32,000 nucleotides of DNA from Acaryochloris marina MBIC11017 (GTDB lineage: Bacteria > Cyanobacteriota > Cyanobacteriia > Thermosynechococcales > Thermosynechococcaceae), in contig NC_009927.1 of assembly GCF_000018105.1 (NCBI RefSeq), positions 240,001-272,000 on the forward strand, given 5' to 3'. This document shows positions 26,819 to 32,000 of the stretch, piece after piece. The position numbers and the translations under genes are program-made. The notes below the pieces were generated by a model. It did not search any database and was not told where the DNA came from. It saw only the letters and a list, made by a program, of their open reading frames with translations. Each line of letters starts with the position of its first letter. Within the stretch, counting starts at the first letter, position 1.

Positions 26819-27109
26819 GATATCCTGCTTACCTGATTGCATGCAAGCAGGATATCACCTTCTTTTCAACTGTCAAACTAGTTTTCGTTCTGAATCTAGA
26901 ATTTTAAGACTGATTGCCTGTAATAGGATATAGAGGTTTTAGATGTTAATTCATGGTTGCATGCTTTAATAATTACATTTCTTCCTTCATTCATGCAAGC
27001 AGGAAAATCTGCTTGCATGCAATCCTGTAAGAAGGCCTGCTTATGATCTTCATAATTTGCAAGTTTGCTTCACTGCAATCAGGAAAGCAAGCTTGCATGC
27101 AATCCTGCC
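26819..27109. repeat. GCATGC-cored palindrome/direct-repeat cluster upstream of parA (candidate centromere/operator)
   Basis: Three elements are present:
- 12-bp arms GATATCCTGCTT/AAGCAGGATATC with a 14-bp spacer (26819-26856), 21 nt upstream of the parA start.
- 11-bp arms CATGCAAGCAG/CTGCTTGCATG with a 6-bp spacer (26992-27019).
- An exact 17-bp direct repeat GCTTGCATGCAATCCTG at 27011-27027 and 27091-27107.

GCATGC hexamers occur at 26839, 26959, 27015 and 27095. Confidence 0.75.
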
Positions 27110-27221
27110 ATTGTAATTGCGCAGACTTCAAAACCTTCAGTTATTGCTGCCGTGCAAGACAGCCGATAAGCACTACCCCATCCAGTAGAATAACCGGAAC
27201 TACTCTGAGCGATCACATCCT

Positions 27222-27365
27222 TTGAAAACAGATTCCATTTTCTACCGCATCTTTAAGACCGACCCTGGCATCTTGTTTGAGTTGTTAGATCTATCCCCTG
27301 AAATAGCTCAAGGCTATGAAGTTGAGTCGCAGAATGAAGAACCTCTCTCTATACCTTTAAGTTAG
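27222..27365 (+). pseudogene. N-terminal fragment of an Rpn/YhgA-like (PD-(D/E)XK putative transposase) gene
   Basis: A 47-codon ORF (TTG start) below the track threshold reads (M)KTDSIFYRIFKTDPGILFELLDLSPEIAQGYEVESQNEEPLSIPLS*. From memory, this matches the conserved N-terminus (MKTDSIFYxLFxxxPxIxFELIG...) of the multi-copy cyanobacterial Rpn-family proteins. It then terminates about 250 codons early. Confidence 0.35.
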
Positions 27366-27416
27366 AAAGATGAGAGTCAATCAACAAGTTTCCGTGATCT
27401 TTCAAACACTTTAAGG

Positions 27417-28295
27417 TCACTGAATACTCCATCTCTGTTCACATGGAACCTGTTGATGACCTAACATTCCTAACTTTGAAGCATATTCATCAGGCAATAT
27501 TGCACCACTAATATCAGCACCCGTGAAGTTGGCTTGGGTAAGATTTGCTCCTCTAAAGTCAGCTCCACAGAGCTTTGCTCCTCTGAGGTCTGCCTTGTAC
27601 AAATTGGCATTGAAGAAACATGCATTCTCGCAGTCCGCTGCACTTAAATCTGCTCGACTTAAACAGGCGTCTTGAAAATCAGTTTTTTTCAAATCACTGC
27701 CTTCCAGGCAAGCTGAAGTCAAATTAGCACCCACGCAGACAGCCTGAGATAAAAAGCTCCAACTCAAATCTGATTCTGATAATTGAGCCTCTGTTAAATC
27801 TGAAGTAGTCATGTCCACTTGAGACAAACAAACATTGGTCAGATTAGTGCGTTGTGCCCACACTCCCCAAAGATTAGCCCCCTTAAAGCAAGCGTCCTGC
27901 GCCTCGCTGTCAGACAGATCCGCCCCCATCAAGTTAGCCTGACTGAAATCTGTTCGCTTTAGCTGAGCAGCACTCAGCTTGGCACAACTGAAGTCTGCAT
28001 GGCGAAGATCAGCATCAGAAAAATCGGACCAATACGCCTGAACCCAGATAGCAAGACTCCTTTGTAGTTTGCTCGCCTTAAAATTTGCTCCGCTGATATC
28101 TGCCCAAATCAGATTCACTTCTGATAAACGGCTATGACTGAAATCAAAGCCACTGAGGTTCATCTGATAAAAGTTGGCACCCGGCAAGTTAGTCCCAGCA
28201 AATTGACGCTCAGAAGAACGGTACTTTTCCCAAAACTTCTGCAGGTCTTTAGAACAGCGAAGGGCTTTTTTATCACAATCTGCCTGATCATTCAT
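27417..28295 (-). CDS. pentapeptide-repeat protein (soluble)
   Basis: 292 aa, almost entirely A(D/N)LxX-type repeats (ADISGANFKASKL, ADLRHADFSCAKL, ADFRGANLTQANFTGADISGA). No TM or signal sequence. Confidence 0.85.
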   Translation of the reverse strand: MNDQADCDKKALRCSKDLQKFWEKYRSSERQFAGTNLPGANFYQMNLSGFDFSHSRLSEVNLIWADISGANFKASKLQRSLAIWVQAYWSDFSDADLRHADFSCAKLSAAQLKRTDFSQANLMGADLSDSEAQDACFKGANLWGVWAQRTNLTNVCLSQVDMTTSDLTEAQLSESDLSWSFLSQAVCVGANLTSACLEGSDLKKTDFQDACLSRADLSAADCENACFFNANLYKADLRGAKLCGADFRGANLTQANFTGADISGAILPDEYASKLGMLGHQQVPCEQRWSIQ

Positions 28296-28310
28296 GATCC
28301 AATTGCTGTT

Positions 28311-29240
28311 TTATACTTGGGGGACATTTAAGGCTCCTCTTTCTCTAAGCTCTCTGGCCTCCTGAGGTGTTAAACCTTGAGCATCTGTCATAAGAGTTCC
28401 GCTTACTTGAGCATTGCTCCAGTTCACATCAAACAGATTTGACCTCTCCAAATTGGCTTGCTGTAGATTCACTCCAGTGAAGTTTGCTCCTGTAAGGTCA
28501 GCTCCTTCAAATTGAGTTCCAAAGAGCATCGAGTCTTGCCAATCTGTATATTTCAAGGAGGCTCCATTGAACTTTCCCCAATCCCCTTGAACCTGCCGCA
28601 GAATGGCATGACTTAAAACAGATTGTTGGAAATTGGCATTGATCAACTCTGCTTGGGTAAAGTCAGCTTTCGATGCGCGAACCGCTTCAAACTCAACCGC
28701 TTCTAGATCAGCCAAGGAGAAGACTGCACCATTCAAAATAGAACGATGTCCCACACTGCGGGTTAACTTCGTCTCCCTAAAGTTGGCACCACTAAAGTCA
28801 CCATCACTCAAGGTTGACTCTTGTAAGTTACTATTTTTGAAATTTGCTCCCAGCCCTATGGCTGTTGATAAATCTGCCTTCAACAGTGTGGCAAATGAAA
28901 GATCAGCTTCATGTAAATCTGCACCATGAAATTTTGCTTGAGGGGCATTTAGTTCATGAAAGACTCCCCGATCAAGCTTTGCTTTGGTCAATTCTGCTTT
29001 TCTAAGACAAGCCCGTTCAAGTGAAGCACCTGACAAAATAGCCAGGACAAGGGTCGCTAATGAAAAATCAGCCTCATCACAAATTGATTTGGCTAAGTTA
29101 GCGCCTCTTAAATAAGCCTGCGAAAAATTGCATCCCCTTAGTAGCGCTCCCGTTAAATTGATATGACTAAGTTCGGCACAGCGCAAAGATTGCTGATTCT
29201 GAGCCTTTGAAAGAACCTCACTAACCGTCAACTGGGCCAT
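28311..29240 (-). CDS. pentapeptide-repeat protein (soluble)
   Basis: 309 aa of pentapeptide repeats (INLTGALLRGCNFSQAYLRGANLAKS..., GADLTGANFTGVNLQQANLERSNL). Its stop lies 15 nt upstream of the next pentapeptide gene, so the two are probably co-transcribed. Confidence 0.85.
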   Translation of the reverse strand: MAQLTVSEVLSKAQNQQSLRCAELSHINLTGALLRGCNFSQAYLRGANLAKSICDEADFSLATLVLAILSGASLERACLRKAELTKAKLDRGVFHELNAPQAKFHGADLHEADLSFATLLKADLSTAIGLGANFKNSNLQESTLSDGDFSGANFRETKLTRSVGHRSILNGAVFSLADLEAVEFEAVRASKADFTQAELINANFQQSVLSHAILRQVQGDWGKFNGASLKYTDWQDSMLFGTQFEGADLTGANFTGVNLQQANLERSNLFDVNWSNAQVSGTLMTDAQGLTPQEARELRERGALNVPQV

Positions 29241-29507
29241 CTTGATTGTGGTTTATCGAACTTTCGATAATTGCTTATGCGAATGATGTACATCTCAATA
29301 ATAATGTATAAAATTACACAGTTATATACCCCATAAGATGCATCTTGTCGTTTATTCGAATTGTTTGTAGGTCTCAACTTCAGCCTAGAAGTCTGTCCCT
29401 GACGTTTAACGGCCATCGCTGTCCTCTGTCACTTGGTCTGCTGAATCAGCAGAAGTGTAAGGCAGCGCTTCTGAAAAGGGACTTATCTGACGAACATGCT
29501 GTTCTAG

Positions 29508-29622
29508 GGTGCCGAAGCTAATGGTCAATCCAGTGCCGAGGCAAGTGTCAATTAGGTGCCGAAGCTAATGGTCAAATCGGGGCCGAACTATGGTGTCAAA
29601 CAACTGCCGAAGATCAGGTCAT
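29508..29622. repeat. five tandem 23-24-bp iteron-like direct repeats
   Basis: The units are GTGCCGAAGCTAATGGTCAA, GTGCCGAGGCAAGTGTCAA, GTGCCGAAGCTAATGGTCAA, GGGCCGAACTATGGTGTCAA and CTGCCGAAGATCAGGTCAT. GCCGA cores sit at 29511, 29535, 29558, 29582 and 29606 (spacings 24, 23, 24, 24). Units 1 and 3 share an exact 21-mer (29508-29528 = 29555-29575). The array is non-coding, in an intergenic region. Confidence 0.8.
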
Positions 29623-29843
29623 TTTGCATCGATCTACTGAATCTGACTGAGTTAACATCTCGATTGCGAGAATAGCTCAAAACTCAAGAAATAGCTGGCA
29701 TGAAATGAAGTTGTACATTGACTCATACAGTGGGCTAAAAGGTGAATTGAGATGAAACCTAAACACACTGGAAGTGTAAATGGTACAGGTGTAAACCAAA
29801 ATTTATTACGAAATTTAAAGCAAGTAAATCATTTATACTACAA

Positions 29844-30347
29844 TTGTATAGTAACTATACTTCAATGCCTATGAAATTTTTGAGATTTAGACTAAAACAA
29901 AGAATTTCTTTTTTAGTTAAAAAATTTAAGAAAGAATTTATCATAAACCCGATTCTAAAATTTAAGAAGGAATTTTCCGAAAATCCGTTCGAAGCTGTGA
30001 AAAAACTTATTATAAATAATAGCAAAAAGTATTTATATCAGTTTTATTTTGTGTTACTTATTGTTTTTATTTGTAGCCATGGTTTTGACATAAAAAGCCT
30101 CCCTCTCATAAGAACAGTAGTTAACTACGCAAGTATGAATTCAAATCAGTTATTATTTACGTGGATATCATATATAATATTAATACTATATGCCTTTTTA
30201 ATTCAAAATACAACTAGCACTTTAAAAAATAGTCTCCAATCAAAAAATTTAAGGAAAAAGACATTAAAGCGATTATTTATAGGATTTATAGCCTTTTTAA
30301 CTTTCTCTGGCTTAGAATCTTTAATTTGGAGAATGTTGGAATTTTAG
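29844..30347 (+). CDS. hypothetical small membrane protein (very AT-rich)
   Basis: 167 aa if it starts at TTG 29844; ATG 29865 or 29871 is more plausible. It has three hydrophobic segments (YLYQFYFVLLIVFICSHGF, LLFTWISYIILILYAFLI, LFIGFIAFLTFSGLESLIW). GC is ~15% in line 30001-30060, so the ORF could partly be a compositional artefact. Confidence 0.45.
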   Translation: MYSNYTSMPMKFLRFRLKQRISFLVKKFKKEFIINPILKFKKEFSENPFEAVKKLIINNSKKYLYQFYFVLLIVFICSHGFDIKSLPLIRTVVNYASMNSNQLLFTWISYIILILYAFLIQNTTSTLKNSLQSKNLRKKTLKRLFIGFIAFLTFSGLESLIWRMLEF

Positions 30348-30535
30348 TTAGTTCACTACTCTTGTAACCGTCGAAATTTTTATAAATCATTGAAGTCAAA
30401 TAGACCTTTTGCAATATTCAATTCATGATGCATTGCTTACTCAATTTATGCCGCGATCTGACTTGAATATATATTCCTCTACCATATCGGTAGGTGAATT
30501 ATGAAAGAGGTCAACTGGATACCTCAAAGTTTCCT

Positions 30536-30964
30536 TCAGTTTTCATCACCCCAAACCCTACTCACCCTTTCCCGCTCCAACCACACCCCGATCATCTCGA
30601 TAGTTTCCCCTGGCCGCAGACTCAAAACCTGCAACACATCGAACTTGACCTCTAACTCCAAGGCGCACTCATAGCAAAACTTGGGCGTTTCAAACGGAAT
30701 TCTGATGAATGGCTTACCACTGCCTTCGACGGTGATCAAATATTTCCCTGAACTGCTTCGGGAAACGGCCAAGTACTCAAGCTGGCCCTCTAGCTTGGTC
30801 TGCTGAACCAGATTCTTTTGCTTGCTCTCAAGTTTATGAAATTTGGACTCAAATGCTCTGGAGACTCTAGAGGGCCGTGTTCTGCCTGCTGTATACCGAG
30901 CGGAATACCTTCGCTGTGTGCTCCGAGTATGGCCTAAAACGACCGAAGCTGCGATATGGGGCAA
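30536..30964 (-). CDS. hypothetical protein, Arg-rich N-terminus
   Basis: 142-aa ORF with no ATG until near its 3' end, so the start would have to be TTG 30964 or an internal non-ATG codon. It lies 48 nt downstream of the XRE gene on the same strand. No recognisable motif. Confidence 0.35.
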   Translation of the reverse strand: MPHIAASVVLGHTRSTQRRYSARYTAGRTRPSRVSRAFESKFHKLESKQKNLVQQTKLEGQLEYLAVSRSSSGKYLITVEGSGKPFIRIPFETPKFCYECALELEVKFDVLQVLSLRPGETIEMIGVWLERERVSRVWGDEN

Positions 30965-31012
30965 TTTAGTATAGATGTACTTAAATGAGAGGCGATTCTG
31001 TCACAATTACCG

Positions 31013-31513
31013 TCAGCCCTCCTTCTCCACATGGAGCGCTTTTAGGGCTTGATAAGCCGTTCCACAATACGGACAGAATCGATGCTTGAGAGACGCAATC
31101 CGTTCATCACAATTGACACATCTGTCTCGAAGTTGCGTACCGCAAACATAGCAGTATTGAGCACGGCTATGAAGCCAGATTGAATCTGGAGGCGTTCCCG
31201 GCCGCCAACAGTGAGGGCAAAACCGAATCCCTTGGTTGGGACTAACCACCGTTCCACGACAGACCGCATCAAGATAATCACTGGGAATTTGGAGGGCAGC
31301 TGCTAATCCTTGTTTCGTTTTCCGATTCAAGGAACTGGTTTTATTGCGTTCTAGCTTGCCATAGCTTTGGGCATGGACCCCTGCCTTTATCGCCACTTCC
31401 TTTTGGGACAAACCGAGCGTTGTTCGGAGACGATGGACATAATCACCCAAGGATTCTCCAGCTTGTGGAACCGAGCTAGATTCTAAACGCTGCATTACAA
31501 GCTTACTCATCAA
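31013..31513 (-). CDS. XRE-family HTH regulator with C-terminal double zinc ribbon
   Basis: 166 aa. The HTH_3-type block is LGDYVHRLRTTLGLSQKEVAIKAGVHAQSYGKLERNKT. The C-terminus has four CxxC pairs (CPHCW, CYVCG, CVNCD, CPYCG). Confidence 0.8.
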   Translation of the reverse strand: MMSKLVMQRLESSSVPQAGESLGDYVHRLRTTLGLSQKEVAIKAGVHAQSYGKLERNKTSSLNRKTKQGLAAALQIPSDYLDAVCRGTVVSPNQGIRFCPHCWRPGTPPDSIWLHSRAQYCYVCGTQLRDRCVNCDERIASLKHRFCPYCGTAYQALKALHVEKEG

Positions 31514-31576
31514 TCATTCATCAGAGGTATACTTCATGCGGCTGTTGGAGCCTTAAGACTTAACAGAAAGATCATC

Positions 31577-32000
31577 ATGTCCAAGCCTTTGGCAATGGTT
31601 ACAACCGAGTTTTTAGATCGCCCTGGCTTAGCTGCCAGCACGGTTCGCTCCTACGAATTCACCTTATTGCCTTTGCTTCAACAATATGGTCAGTGGTCCT
31701 TAGAATTACTCGACCGACAGACCCTAGAAGAATATCTCAATTCCTTGAGCCATCTATCGTTCAAGACTCATCATCGTCACCAAGCCATCCTACAAGCACT
31801 CCTCAACTTTGCAGTTGAGCAAGGATACCTGCGGTCTAATCCAATGACCCGTATGAAACGGCGTAAGCCAGATCCTGCTAAAGGAGAGCATGACTCAGAC
31901 CAGATCATTCGATACCTAACCCCAGACCAACTACAGCTGCAATACCAACTGGTCAGCAAAGATGCTCGTACTGCGGCTCTTGTCCGCTTACTTCATCGCA
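31577..32000 (+). CDS. tyrosine recombinase/integrase, N-terminal (SAM-like core-binding) part; the 3' end lies beyond the right window edge
   Basis: Own translation from ATG 31577 gives MSKPLAMVTTEFLDRPGLAASTVRSYEFTLLPLLQQYGQWSLELLDRQTLEEYLNSLSHLSFKTHHRHQAILQALLNFAVEQGYLRSNPMTRMKRRKPD...YLTPDQLQLQYQLVSKDARTAALVRLLHR. It is open to the window end. The layout is typical of XerC/D-like and phage integrases up to the start of the catalytic domain. It is divergent from the XRE gene, with a 63-nt spacer. Confidence 0.75.
   Translation, partial: MSKPLAMVTTEFLDRPGLAASTVRSYEFTLLPLLQQYGQWSLELLDRQTLEEYLNSLSHLSFKTHHRHQAILQALLNFAVEQGYLRSNPMTRMKRRKPDPAKGEHDSDQIIRYLTPDQLQLQYQLVSKDARTAALVRLLHR

Noticed and set aside
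27043-27225. 60-aa ORF (MIFIICKFASLQSGKQACMQSCHCNC...).
   Set aside because: Its Cys/Gln-rich sequence is just the translation of the GCATGC/AAGCAGG centromere-like repeats. It lies in the parA upstream repeat array.
29228-29416. 62-aa minus-strand ORF overlapping the start of the pentapeptide gene and its leader. Also 31042..31281 and 31777..31959 on the minus strand.
   Set aside because: They have no motifs. They overlap better-supported genes (the pentapeptide gene, the XRE regulator, and the integrase on the opposite strand).
29508-29622. I considered whether the tandem repeats could be a miniature CRISPR array.
   Set aside because: The units are contiguous (23-24-bp period) with no unique spacers, the repeats are degenerate, and no cas genes are present. 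Iteron or binding-site array is the better description.

Overview
This is a 32-kb mosaic accessory region, most consistent with a cyanobacterial plasmid or integrative island. That origin is inferred from several features:
- a ParA + RHH partition pair flanked by palindromic repeat arrays
- an iteron-like array
- three tyrosine-recombinase genes or remnants
- an IS transposase and umuDC
- five pentapeptide-repeat genes
- two giant WD40 STAND NTPases carrying the C-terminal tail I associate with cyanobacterial WD40 proteins

Gene order, left to right:
- the 5' part of a TPS-domain (filamentous-haemagglutinin-like) exoprotein gene, abutted by a cytochrome P450 gene
- a divergent SDR
- an IS transposase
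- an orphan 210-aa gene
- a 1292-aa NB-ARC/WD40 STAND NTPase
- a compact minus-strand operon (YegP/DUF1508, Zn-ribbon, secreted SNase, Cas4-like PD-(D/E)XK nuclease), divergent from umuD-umuC
- a pentapeptide::K+ channel fusion
- a decayed integrase
- a low-GC two-gene island: a membrane-anchored pentapeptide protein convergent with a 1484-aa REase-like/NACHT/WD40 STAND NTPase
- a FimB/E-sized tyrosine recombinase with a loxP/dif-like site in its leader
- parA-RHH flanked by GCATGC-cored palindromes
- two tandem pentapeptide genes
- five tandem 23-24-bp iterons
- a very AT-rich membrane-protein gene
- an XRE/zinc-ribbon regulator divergent from an integrase gene cut by the window edge

No rRNA, tRNA or CRISPR array was seen.

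The best candidates for an undescribed system are:
- the two NLR-like STAND NTPases with unassigned N-terminal domains, together with their co-acquired neighbours
- the four-gene nuclease operon that shares a control region with umuDC

All functional calls rest on motifs read by eye from the translations. No database search was possible.
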